From assembly GCA_964016885.1 (NCBI GenBank), contig OZ024748.1, forward strand, positions 4,960,001-5,024,000: DNA of 64,000 bases, given 5' to 3'. The translations under genes and the position numbers were made by a program. The notes beneath the pieces were generated by a model that was not told the DNA's origin, made no database searches, and saw only the letters and a list, made by a program, of their open reading frames with translations. Shown in pieces: positions 1-11,066 of this stretch (position 1 is its first letter; each line of letters starts with the position of its first letter). This DNA comes from Eledone cirrhosa (Eukaryota).

Positions 1-174
1 CTCCGCTATTCCATCGGGATTTACCCTTGCTATTGTAAGTACCGGATAAATTTTTTAATGCAACACATTTGGAACACTAACCCCTGTTATTTAGGGAAAC
101 ATTTTTGCATTTACCCCCTTTTTAGGGGGTAAAATAAATATCTATTTTTGCCGAAAAATTTCTTTCTTGGCAGC

Positions 175-1506
175 ATGGCGGAAAAGATGGCAGACATGTC
201 TGCCATTAGCTCTGCCACGCCCCCCAAGTCTGAAGAACAAAAAATAATTACAACAAAATTAGACATTGAAACAAACAAACAAAATGAAAAAACAAATGTT
301 AAGGAAAATGAGCAAACAGAAAACAAACAAACAGAAAATAATACAAATAACGACAGGGCAACTTTCGCCCAGAAAACAAAGCAATCCATTACATACACAC
401 CAATTGACCTAACTGCCGCCAGAGAAAAACTGGCCGAAGCAAAGAAACATATTGTTTTGGGGGAAAACGGAATGTTTTCCATTAACTCCCCCCCAGAATT
501 CAAGAAAGCCAGAGCAGAAAACACAGTTATATACAGAACTATACTAAACCAGTCAAGAAAGCCAGCACAGCCCAGCCAAATGGAAATAGAGTTAGTCCTA
601 AAAGACTATATGAAGAATATTCTCTTCATACGAAAGGACCGACTCTATGGCAGCATTTCGGTCCTAACAAGAGACAAAGAAACGGCGGTTCAGCTTTCCC
701 TAAGCCCACTCTCGTCGACAACATATAGCTTCTATCCCTCCTACATGGGTAGAAGAACTCAGAGAATAAAAGTAAAAACAATGCTGCCCACAATGGACTT
801 CTGGTGGGCTATTGCTGGCTTCATTGATATGGGCGAAGACACTATGCTGTCAATGGGGAAGGCAACTGGAGATGCGTTCCTGGGAATGGGCCTCGACATA
901 CTAGTCCAAATGAGGCCCGAAAGAATAGCACAAATCCCGGATCGCATCTGGCTGGATGACCTTACCCCAATAGACATAATTGTAGAGGGGAGAAGACCAG
1001 CATGCTATTTATGCATGGAAAGGGGACACGTTAAGGCTAACTGCCCGAAACGTATCCCCCAAAAAGGACTATTGCCCACACCCACCACAAACAGTACACC
1101 AGCACCACCCACCTCCAAAAATACACTAATACCACACACAGCAAACAAAATACAGACACCACCAACCACAAACACAACACAAACATCACCACCACCAGCA
1201 CCAAACACAAGCACGACACAAAAATCACCACCACCAACCACAACACAAACATCACCACCACCATTACCAACCACAAGCACGACACAAACATTACCACCAC
1301 CACCACCACCACAAACCCATTCCAAACAAATAATAAAAAAAACAGTAACAAATCTACCCCTCCCGCAAAAAAAAAACAACCACACAACACGTCCCTCCCA
1401 CCTAGCGCTGAAGAGTTTCCCCCAACTTCTGAAGAAGAAGGAGGAGAAGCCTTCAGACAAGTTAAAAGAAAAAAAAGAAAACACACACCCAGCACACCAC
1501 AAATAA
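175..1506 (+). CDS. LINE ORF1 (gag-like nucleic-acid chaperone), N-terminal frame
   Basis: ATG at 175 in agcATGG context; zinc knuckle CYLCMERGHVKANC (1003-1044); then a Pro/Thr-rich low-complexity tract. Confidence 0.85.
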   Translation: MAEKMADMSAISSATPPKSEEQKIITTKLDIETNKQNEKTNVKENEQTENKQTENNTNNDRATFAQKTKQSITYTPIDLTAAREKLAEAKKHIVLGENGMFSINSPPEFKKARAENTVIYRTILNQSRKPAQPSQMEIELVLKDYMKNILFIRKDRLYGSISVLTRDKETAVQLSLSPLSSTTYSFYPSYMGRRTQRIKVKTMLPTMDFWWAIAGFIDMGEDTMLSMGKATGDAFLGMGLDILVQMRPERIAQIPDRIWLDDLTPIDIIVEGRRPACYLCMERGHVKANCPKRIPQKGLLPTPTTNSTPAPPTSKNTLIPHTANKIQTPPTTNTTQTSPPPAPNTSTTQKSPPPTTTQTSPPPLPTTSTTQTLPPPPPPQTHSKQIIKKTVTNLPLPQKKNNHTTRPSHLALKSFPQLLKKKEEKPSDKLKEKKENTHPAHHK

Positions 1507-2012
1507 CCCACACACAAACACCAACTCCAATCAAAAACACCCCACCCTCAACAAACAAAAATAAATCTGCGCCTCCCCTCTCCGAAACATTGACAGCATC
1601 ACAAAAAAAGACGTTGCAATACACATATATAAATAAAGAAAACAAAAAACTGGTTAAATTAATAAACAATAACCCTATGGTGCAGACCGAAGGGCCAAAC
1701 TTTATCTCAACAGAGAACTTCACCCATTTAAAAATGATAAAGGTCCCTCTGGACCTTTATCGTTCCTTAAAAGAACAATTTAGACGGGACGTGAGCCCCC
1801 CCTGTTTAAAACCGTTGAATCGCGTCCTCTTGAAAGATTTCCCCATAACCGCCCCTCTCCCTGACACAACTCCAAATACCCCAACCCCACCACACACGTG
1901 TACCCCCACACCACCACAAAACATCCCTCCACCCAACACACCTGATGCCATGGAAATTACGCAACCCGGAGAGGTAAGTGCTTTTCTTTCTTCACTTTCA
2001 ACACCAAAATAG
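1041..2012 (+). CDS. Probable C-terminal part of ORF1 in the -1 frame
   Basis: Read by hand, this frame has no stop from 1041 to TAG 2010-2012 (the track shows only 1590-2012). It encodes SEEEGGEAFRQVKRKKRK, an acidic/basic patch, and ends exactly at the ORF2 junction. Confidence 0.6.
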   Translation: MPETYPPKRTIAHTHHKQYTSTTHLQKYTNTTHSKQNTDTTNHKHNTNITTTSTKHKHDTKITTTNHNTNITTTITNHKHDTNITTTTTTTNPFQTNNKKNSNKSTPPAKKKQPHNTSLPPSAEEFPPTSEEEGGEAFRQVKRKKRKHTPSTPQITHTQTPTPIKNTPPSTNKNKSAPPLSETLTASQKKTLQYTYINKENKKLVKLINNNPMVQTEGPNFISTENFTHLKMIKVPLDLYRSLKEQFRRDVSPPCLKPLNRVLLKDFPITAPLPDTTPNTPTPPHTCTPTPPQNIPPPNTPDAMEITQPGEVSAFLSSLSTPK

Positions 2013-2017
2013 ATCAA

Positions 2018-5000
2018 TTGAGAGTTGGCTGTTTGAACGCGCGTGGCCTGAGCTCAGCTTGGAAGCAAGCAAAGCTTCTAAGTGACCTCAGGTCACAAAG
2101 TATAGATGTGATGGTTGTTTGCGAGAGTCGGATCAGCAGCGTGAGACAGCTGGCGCCCGCCTTCGATGACTTTGAGATGCACGCATCTCTCTGTCAACCC
2201 GGAGGCGGGGGGGGAGTTGCCGTACTGCTGGATAAACGTCTGACTCTCGACGTACAGATTGTTCACTCGGACCCGGGGGGTCGATTACTGGTGCTGGACG
2301 TCGGAGGTGGTGAAGGCGGGGCTTTCAGACTGGTCGGTCTTTATGCTCCCTTCGGGGCGGAGAGAGCCGACTTCTTCCAACGTCTGGAGACTTTTCTAGG
2401 AACGTCGCGTTCCCTGCTTTTAGTGGGGGACTGGAATGGAATCCTAGATGCGCGTTGGGACTATGCAGGGGCATGTCCCGATAGAGGGGGGTGTAGCAGC
2501 CTCAAGGGGTTACTCGATCGATTCGACCTGGTCGATAGATTTCGACTAGATTGTCCAACTGCGCCAACCTGGACCTGGGCAAACCGCAGTGGACAATCTA
2601 GATCGTACCTAGATAGGTTTTTGGTTAGGAGTAAGGATAGGGACGTATTTAGTTGTCCAGAACTGATCATGGTTGGCTATTCAGATCACAAATTAGTGAC
2701 CTGCGTGGTCAACCTTGATAGAACGCATAGACAGGGTCCCGGTTACTGGAAGATGAACTTGTCCTTACCGACAAAGAAAGATTACAGAAACCGGATTAGT
2801 AGCTTAGTTAAGATGCGGTTGACGGGAGCGATCGTCAACAGCAGGTGGTGGGTATCTCTAAAGAGAGAGATTAGAGTAAGTTCGATAGGTTACAGTAAGG
2901 AACTAGCGGCGAATAGAAATAGGAGGGAAAGGGAGTTAACAGATAAACTAGAAGAGGCGATTAGGAGCGGAGACGTAGCCAGAGTGTTAGCGACGAGAAC
3001 GGCATTGAGCCAGTTCTTTGACGCGAAGCACGAAGGCTGCGTTGTCCGAAGTAAAATACGTGCTTTAGGAAACGAGGGGACCAAAGCTGTTAGCTGGGCC
3101 CGCGTGACAGAAGCCAAGAGTGGGATTAAATCCACCATTCGGTCTTTGCGAGACCAGGATGGACGGGTGATCCTTGAACCTGAGCGAATGTGCGAGACCT
3201 TTCAAAGGCACTTTGCTCGACTGTTCGGAGGTGGCGGGGGGCCGGACGGGGATGTGGACTTCGGTCCATACCTCGACGGTCTACCGCGTCTTTCGAGCGG
3301 CGAAGCGGAGTGCTGCGAAGGGCCAATCACAGCCACTGAAATCGGGGAAGCGCTCAGCCAATGCAGCAGACGCAAATCCCCGGGTCTCGATGGTCTACCA
3401 TACGAACTTTATTTAGCTATGCCGGTCTTGTTCTCCGAACTCCTCGAGGCTGTCTATTGCAACTGGCAACAGAACGGGAGAATTCCCTGTTCTGTGACCA
3501 AGGGCGTGGTCACGCTAGTGAGGAAGGACGAGAGCAAGGGGGACGACTTAAGTAACTTTAGGCCCATAACTCTGCTGAATGCAGAGTTACAGATTTTGGC
3601 CAAGGTGTTGACGAAGAGGTTGGCGCTTGTGGTGGGTGGTTTGGTGGGAGACGCGCAGACATGCGCTATCCCGTCCAGGTCCATTCACGACAACCTCCAC
3701 CTCATGCGATACATCATAGAGAGGGTTGGCTACGAACCCGGCTTTGGTGGGGCCCTGATCAACTTGGATCAATCTAAGGCGTTCGATAGGGTCGACCATG
3801 GTTACCTGGATGCGGTGCTAGCGGCGGCGGGCTTCGGACCCGTTTTCAGGGGCTGGATTTCTGCCATGCACAGTGGCAACATCTACTCTAGGATTAAAGT
3901 AAACGGCTACCTCTCGGAGCCGTTTCAAATCACCCGATCCATCAGACAGGGGTGCCCCCTCTCCTCCCTTCTGTACGTATTGACTCTCGAGCCACTGCTG
4001 CGGAAGTTGGAGTTGCTGCGGGGCATACCCCTGGAACCGGGATTGCACAAAGCGGTCTCGGCCTATGCCGACGACGTAACAGTAATGGTGGCGGACGCCT
4101 CGGAAATCGGGGCGATCGCCACCCTACTGGAGGAATACGAAAGGCTGACGGGGGCTAAGCTGAACCAGGACAAGTCGGTCGGTTTGCAACTCGGAACGTG
4201 GAGGGGCAAACCGATGCCGTTGGACGGTGTCGTCGGGCGGTGGACGGAGGGCCCGGTGAAGCTGCTCGGGGTCTGGTTCGGACCGGACCTCCAGGTGGAG
4301 AAGAATTGGGGCGAGGTGACGAGCAGGGTGTTTGCGCTGACCCAGAAGTGGGCCAAGTGCAAACTATCACTGAAAGGTCGGGCGGAGGTGACGAACGCTT
4401 ACATAGCGTCCGTCATCTACTACCGCCTGACCGTCGTGCCTTGCCCCAAGGAAAAGCTCACCATCATGGAACGCATGCTCTTCCAGTTCCTCTGGAAGAA
4501 GCGGCCTCCCATGGTGAGGAGATCCATCTGCTGCCAGCACCCTTCGAAAGGAGGGCTGGGTATGCCGTGGCTGTTGATGCGTAGGCACGCATTGAGGCTA
4601 CGGCATCTACAGGTATTCCTCAACCGTCAGCCGGTGTGGGCCCCGTTTGTGAGGCGAGCCTTCCCACAGCTCGTCTCGCTCACCGAACTGCAATCCTGGG
4701 TGAAGCAAAGACCGAGAAAACTGGGCAACTGGCACACTGAGTGTGCCCAGGCGCTCACGGCTATCTGGCAAGCGGACCCGACTGTCAGTGGAGAATCCAC
4801 CTCGACATTCTATAGAGGGTTGGTGGCTAGCAGGGGCGACGACACCCTTGGAGAGTCGCTAGGCATGGAGGAGGACGAACTGGCCAGCCTGTTCGGTAGA
4901 ACTTTCGGCCCGGGACCCATGGACAACTTCCAGAGGTCCCTAGCCTGGCAGTGTTACCGGGGGGCTCTGCCCGTTCGAGAAAAGCTCTACAGACACGGGC

Positions 5001-5446
5001 GCCCGGGCAGGGATCCCGCGAAAAAGATCTGTCCCAGATGCGTGCGCGACGAGGAAACCGTTGCGCATGCACTGGTACACTGCCCGGGCGTTGCCGATCT
5101 GTGGGGCTACGTCGAACGACTGCTGTCGCGTGTGGCGCCGATTCGATTAACCGCCGAGTCTGTGGTGAACATCAAGCCGCCTCCTCCCTTCAGAAATGAA
5201 GCAGAGGCGGTCTTTCTGTGCGTAATAGCCATGATGAAAGAGGTTGTGTGGTGGACGCGCCTGAAAGGTCTGAGGTCGGGTGACTTTCTCTCCGGCCATC
5301 ACCTGGTTTACTTCTTCCGATACCACTTCGGAAGAAGAATCAGGATGGAGAGAGAAGTGCTTGGTCCCAGACAGTTTTATGAAAGGTGGGTGAAAGAAGC
5401 GAGAATGGCCCGTGTAAATGGGCCTTCTCTCTACATTGTTCTGTAG
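2018..5446 (+). CDS. LINE ORF2 (APE endonuclease - reverse transcriptase - zinc finger), 1142 aa, uninterrupted
   Basis: EN motifs LNARGL, GDWN, SYLDRF, SDHK; RT motifs KSPGLDG, FRPITLLN, LDQSKAFDRV, RQGCPLS, AYADD, LLGV; C-terminal CPRC..ETVAHALVHC. Confidence 0.95.
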   Translation: MRVGCLNARGLSSAWKQAKLLSDLRSQSIDVMVVCESRISSVRQLAPAFDDFEMHASLCQPGGGGGVAVLLDKRLTLDVQIVHSDPGGRLLVLDVGGGEGGAFRLVGLYAPFGAERADFFQRLETFLGTSRSLLLVGDWNGILDARWDYAGACPDRGGCSSLKGLLDRFDLVDRFRLDCPTAPTWTWANRSGQSRSYLDRFLVRSKDRDVFSCPELIMVGYSDHKLVTCVVNLDRTHRQGPGYWKMNLSLPTKKDYRNRISSLVKMRLTGAIVNSRWWVSLKREIRVSSIGYSKELAANRNRRERELTDKLEEAIRSGDVARVLATRTALSQFFDAKHEGCVVRSKIRALGNEGTKAVSWARVTEAKSGIKSTIRSLRDQDGRVILEPERMCETFQRHFARLFGGGGGPDGDVDFGPYLDGLPRLSSGEAECCEGPITATEIGEALSQCSRRKSPGLDGLPYELYLAMPVLFSELLEAVYCNWQQNGRIPCSVTKGVVTLVRKDESKGDDLSNFRPITLLNAELQILAKVLTKRLALVVGGLVGDAQTCAIPSRSIHDNLHLMRYIIERVGYEPGFGGALINLDQSKAFDRVDHGYLDAVLAAAGFGPVFRGWISAMHSGNIYSRIKVNGYLSEPFQITRSIRQGCPLSSLLYVLTLEPLLRKLELLRGIPLEPGLHKAVSAYADDVTVMVADASEIGAIATLLEEYERLTGAKLNQDKSVGLQLGTWRGKPMPLDGVVGRWTEGPVKLLGVWFGPDLQVEKNWGEVTSRVFALTQKWAKCKLSLKGRAEVTNAYIASVIYYRLTVVPCPKEKLTIMERMLFQFLWKKRPPMVRRSICCQHPSKGGLGMPWLLMRRHALRLRHLQVFLNRQPVWAPFVRRAFPQLVSLTELQSWVKQRPRKLGNWHTECAQALTAIWQADPTVSGESTSTFYRGLVASRGDDTLGESLGMEEDELASLFGRTFGPGPMDNFQRSLAWQCYRGALPVREKLYRHGRPGRDPAKKICPRCVRDEETVAHALVHCPGVADLWGYVERLLSRVAPIRLTAESVVNIKPPPPFRNEAEAVFLCVIAMMKEVVWWTRLKGLRSGDFLSGHHLVYFFRYHFGRRIRMEREVLGPRQFYERWVKEARMARVNGPSLYIVL

Positions 5447-5677
5447 GTGAAGAAGTGAAGAGGAAAGGGGGAGCGCCTCCTCTCTGGGCTTCCCCCGCGA
5501 AAAGAGTTGCACACTTTTCGGGGGTATGTGCAATCCCCAACACGCCCCCTCCCTTTTGAGGACTTTTTATTGTTATATTATTATTGTTATTCCTTTTTTC
5601 TTTACTCGATTTATGTAAACTCCCCCACTGTGTAAATGTCCCCTTCTTTTGTGCCCTCGTGGCAAATAAATAGAAAT

Positions 5678-5713
<36 letters not shown>

Positions 5714-5719
5714 ATATAT

Positions 5720-5840
5720 ATAGTGGTAGAAAACTGGAAGGTAATAGCCGTAGTGGTAGAGCACTCAGTATTACAAGCTGAGGATCCGCTAAGGTGAAAC
5801 AATTGTTCTCGGTATGGTGAACTAACTGTTGTGTAACCAC

Positions 5841-5843
<3 letters not shown>
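5720..5843 (+). mobile_element. TA-flanked Penelope-like end with candidate minimal hammerhead ribozyme (5775-5810)
   Basis: CTGAGGA-tCCgctaaGGt-GAAA-CAATTG(palindrome)-TT; stem I is weak. A related fragment is at ~55030-55090. Confidence 0.5.
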
Positions 5844-5890
<47 letters not shown>

Positions 5891-6000
5891 TAGATATATA
5901 GATAGATCTATGTATGTATCTATCTATCATATATATGTATATATGTGTTTATATATATGTGTTTATGTATGTATTTATGTATAGGTATGTATGTGTGTGT

Positions 6001-6107
<107 letters not shown>

Positions 6108-6214
6108 GGATATAGGAAGTAATATATGAGTGAAAATAGATGATACACGTTAACCGAATGAACGAAACCATGATTTGGATTAAGTAATTCCTATTCATGT
6201 AAGAAACTCCGCCC

Positions 6215-6366
<152 letters not shown>

Positions 6367-6374
6367 GTATATAT

Positions 6375-6437
<63 letters not shown>

Positions 6438-7310
6438 CACACATATATATATATATATGCATGATGATGATGATACAGCCATATATATATTGTGCTTCTC
6501 ATATATTTCCTGTTAGTCTAAGATTTGCCTTCATATTTAGTTCTCAGCTGATTAACGACACTCCCCCACCACCCTCTCTCTCTCTCTCTGTCAGTGTATG
6601 TATATTACCTTCTCTCTCTCTCTTTCTTTCTATCTAGAACACCTGGCGTATGCTGACGTCATTGCAGACATTCCAGAGTGTGGTGGGGGTGTCTGTCAGA
6701 GTGTACAGATGTGACATCTTTTACACTCTGACACACGTCACCATTGCCAGCTTTCAATGTTTGGGTGGTATATACTGTTGTCGGTCATGATGATGATGGT
6801 GCTAGTAATTGTGCTGGTTGTGTTGCTGGTGTTGATGCTAGTAACCTAACAGTGGTGGTGGTGGTGGTGGTGGTGAGGATGATGATGATGATGATTGTGT
6901 TGTTGGTGTTGTTGGTGTTGTTAGTGTTGTTGGTAAGTTTGGTAACATTAGTTATAGTGGTGATGATGTTGATAGTTACAGTGGTGTTGATGATGATGAT
7001 GATTGTGTTGTTGGTGCTGTTGGTGTTGTTGGTGTTGTTGGTGTTGTTGGTGTTGCTGCTGATGTTGACAATGATGAAGAGGAGACTGATCATTGGATCT
7101 TTGATAAGAAAAATATTGAAATAGAAAAAATAAGGGATTAATTAGTTCGATTAGCAATCATAAGTTGCAAAGAAGAAGAAGAAGAAGAAGAAGAAGAAGA
7201 AGAAGAAGAAGAAGAAGAAGAAGAAGAAGAAGAAGAAGAAGAAGAAGAATTGTGAAAGAAATAAAGAATGAAAATGTTGATCACATCAGCAACATTCTTA
7301 TTATTAGTTT

Positions 7311-7490
7311 TGGCAGTATCGGTAGAGCGTCGGACGCCATGCTTTGACGCATAGAGTTACGGCCCTTGCCATTCTGAGTTCAAATCCCGCCGAGGTTAAC
7401 TTTGGCTTTTATCCTTACGGGGTCGATAAAATAAAGTACCAGTAATGTACTGGGATAATTGCTGGCCTTGTGCCAAAAAGTAGAAACAAT
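7311..7490 (+). mobile_element. tRNA-derived SINE (main family)
   Basis: A-box TGGCAGTATCGG, B-box GAGTTCAAATCC, core CTTTxATCCTTACGGGGTCGATAAAATAAAGTACCAG, 3' end GGCCTTGTGCCAAAAGTAGAAAC; many copies in the window. Confidence 0.85.
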
Positions 7491-8271
7491 TATTAGTAGC
7501 AGTAGTAGTAATAGAATAAGAATAAGAAGAAGATGAAGAAGGAAGAGAAGGAGGAGGAGGGGTCCCAAATCTAACCCCAGATTCATGTGTGTTTGTTTAA
7601 TGGGTAACATTGCTCTCCCTATTCTTCAAAATATATACTTCTTTTGGTAGTGGAAAAACTAATTCTCTTTCAACACACGAAGAATATTTTACTATATCAA
7701 GTGTGAGACAAAAGAAATGAACTGTAAATGTTCCAGTATGGCAGCATCCTCCATTTTGAAATAAAAAAAATCTTACAAATATAGATGAATAAGACTTGTC
7801 TGACTGTCAGTGGGTGTGTGAGTGTGTGTGAGTATGTGAGAGTTTGTGTGTACTTTAAATTGCAAATTTGGTTTTCCCTCGAAGAACTTATTTTAATAAT
7901 GTATTAGCTAAATGTATTAACAAAAAGTACTAGCAACATTCTTGTTTTTCTCGGCTAATAGAAAAATAATGAGTGATTATCAACAGGAGTAGAATATTTA
8001 AAAGGATATTTACAATTATCCACGAATAGCCGATGGCAAAAATTCGTACAGATGGCACAACACTCAGACACTATTAGCTAATGCGAATCGTAATTCTTCA
8101 TGTCAGCAAATATGTATGGATACATTTATATACATGTCTATATATATATATGTAGGAGGTGAGTTTTATTGTAGTACAATAAAGCAATGCAGATATCGGA
8201 TAAGAAGCACTCTACAGTTTGTAGGACTGGAGTATACATAATATATAAGAACATCTTTTGTTCTTATATAT

Positions 8272-8372
<101 letters not shown>

Positions 8373-8395
8373 AGATAGATAGATGTGTGTCTGTG

Positions 8396-8469
<74 letters not shown>

Positions 8470-8735
8470 CATATATATATATATAAGATAATGAATATAA
8501 TATATATATATATATATATATAGTAGTGAAAGAGTGAAGAATAACATGGTTGGCTGTACAAAAAGGGTTTTATTTACAATATTAACAATTGTTTCATTGA
8601 TCAGGTGAGTCTAAAGGCCGTTAATACTCGAAATTACGTCACTCGACCTATATATACAGTGTGTGTCTGATCAAATCATCGGAATAACGATAACTTGTTA
8701 TCCCATATATATATAATATAATATAATATAATATA

Positions 8736-8778
<43 letters not shown>

Positions 8779-8950
8779 GATAAGTGGTTACACCTTCATT
8801 ACGTTTATTGGTTGGTGACGCGCGTTTCGCTACTCATCAGCTCAAGGTTCGATCTGTATCGATCTGGCCCCACTCTGGAATCTACAGTAACTTCACGTTA
8901 CACTCCCTGGATATATATATATATATAAACGTTTGTATATGTATAATGAT

Positions 8951-9129
8951 TTCTAGTATAGGCACAAGGCCAGCAATTACCCAGTGCATTACTGGTACTT
9001 TATTTTACCGACCCCGTAAGGATGAAAGGCAAAGTTAACCTCGGCGAGATTTGAACTCAGAATGGAAAGGGCCGTAACTCTATGCGTCAAAGCATGGCGT
9101 CCGACCCTCTACCGATACTGCCAATCCAC
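8951..9129 (-). mobile_element. tRNA-derived SINE (main family)
   Basis: Reverse complement of the same A-box, B-box, core and tail. Confidence 0.85.
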
Positions 9130-9184
9130 AATATTAGATACATATATGCGTGGGTGTTGTATGATTAATTGTTTGTATGTAATA

Positions 9185-9230
<46 letters not shown>

Positions 9231-9565
9231 GCAGAGAGAGAGAGAGAGAGGGTGAGAGAGTGAGAGAGAGAGAGAGAGAGAGATTTAAGCACGCAATGAC
9301 ATATAAACATACACAGCCACATACTATACTATAATGTAGACATACATACACAAACACTGACATAGACACACACATGTACATAATTTTCACTGAGCAGAGG
9401 AAAGATCTAAAGAGGAACTCCTCTCCAATACAACCTCTTCTACTGCAATTAAAGCTACCACGATCAATACTACTGCAAATACTGCCACCACTACTACAAC
9501 TGCCACCATCACCACCTCTACTACAACTACTACTACTTCTACTACTACTACTGCTGCTGCTACTG

Positions 9566-9618
<53 letters not shown>

Positions 9619-10505
9619 CCTGCTACTACTACTACAATTAGAACCAACACCACTACTACAACTGCCACCACTTCTACTACTATTACTACTACTAATACTA
9701 CTCTGATGAAGAAAGAAATACATCCATCATTTGTTTGTTCCACACTGTGTGTGAGTGTGTTTGTGTGTTTGTTTATTTACATGTGTATGAGTGTCTTTGT
9801 ATGTATGTGTGTTTGCGTGTGAGTGTGTTTATGTGTTTGTGTGTTTACGTTTTTGTGTCTATGTATGTTTTTGTGTCTGTTTTGTGTTCCTCTGCTTCAG
9901 GTTGCTTCTGCTACTCCTATTACTATTACTCTCTTACATTGTAAGTGGTGTTGATAGTGGTGGTGTTGGAAGTGACGTGGTGGTGGTGGTGGTGGTGTAG
10001 GCAGTGAAGTTGTGGTGGTGGTGGTGTAGGCAGTGAAGTGGTGGTGGTGTCGGCGCCGGCCGTGCATACAATTCAAAAAACAAGACACACTGTAGTAATT
10101 CTATTTTGTCAAATTGTCACCGTAGAACTGCAAAGTTTCCAAATGATTTATCTGAGTAGAACTGCTCGAAGACAGCGTTGTATAAATCATGGCACTGTAT
10201 CTGAGGTTTCGATCTGTGGTGGTGGTGGTGGTGGTGGTGGTGGAGGTGAGGGTGGTGGATGAGGAGAGTGAAGGGGGTGAGGGTGGTGGAGAGAGGTTGG
10301 TGGTGGTGGAGAGAGAGGTTGGTGCGGGTGGTGGTGGTGGAAAGAGAGGATGTGGTGGAGAAATGAGAATGAGGAGGTTGCGATGAGGAGAATTAGCAGA
10401 ATTGGAAGGAGAATTAAAGAAGTCTAGGGAGAAGCAGGGAGAGGTGGGAAAGAAAGAAGGACAAGAACAACAAGAACAAGAACAAAAAGAAGAAAAATTT
10501 TGAAT

Positions 10506-10540
<35 letters not shown>

Positions 10541-10651
10541 GAGGAAGAACTGGTAGAAAAGAGGGAGGTGTGAGATAAAGGTAAAACAATAGAACTAAAC
10601 ATGAAAATCTAGAGAAGGATTAAAACTGGAGAGGATGGACAGCTGTGTGTA

Positions 10652-10724
<73 letters not shown>

Positions 10725-10792
10725 GCACGCACACACACATATATATTTATATATATATACACATATATGTGTATATATGCATATATTTGTAC

Positions 10793-10914
<122 letters not shown>

Positions 10915-10932
10915 TATATATATATATATATA

Positions 10933-11034
10933 AAACGAAGGAAATGTGGTAAGGAACCAGATGGATCATAACGCACCAAGTACTCAATACAAGTCGAAAC
11001 GGCTTGAGCACTGCCGTCGGGGTCATACTTGTTC

Positions 11035-11037
<3 letters not shown>
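10933..11037. mobile_element. Family-A Penelope-like/HHR remnant in (TA)n
   Basis: Inverted tail GAAGGAAATGTGGTAAGGAACCAGATGG joined to GTCGAAACGGCTTGAGCACTGCCGTCGGGGTC, as in the copies at 25.4, 39.6 and 60 kb. Confidence 0.8.

Positions 11038-11060
<23 letters not shown>

Positions 11061-11066
<6 letters not shown>

Larger units (their letters stand above)
1..5680 (+). mobile_element. Near full-length non-LTR retrotransposon, L1/Tx1-like (5' end may lie before the window)
   Basis: ORF1 with a CCHC knuckle, ORF2 with APE endonuclease + RT + C-terminal Cys/His finger, a short structured 3' UTR, AATAAA at 5665-5670, then a run into (TCTA)n/(TA)n. Confidence 0.93.

Noticed and set aside
111-5543. 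Antisense and alternate-frame ORFs within the LINE
   Set aside because: Shadows of compositionally biased ORF1/ORF2; no recognisable motifs.
10088-10135. Superficial miR-10 resemblance (CTGTAG...TTTGT..CAAATT)
   Set aside because: Seed ACCCTGT is absent, it is on the wrong strand relative to Scr, and the hairpin is poor. No true miR-10 was seen in the window.
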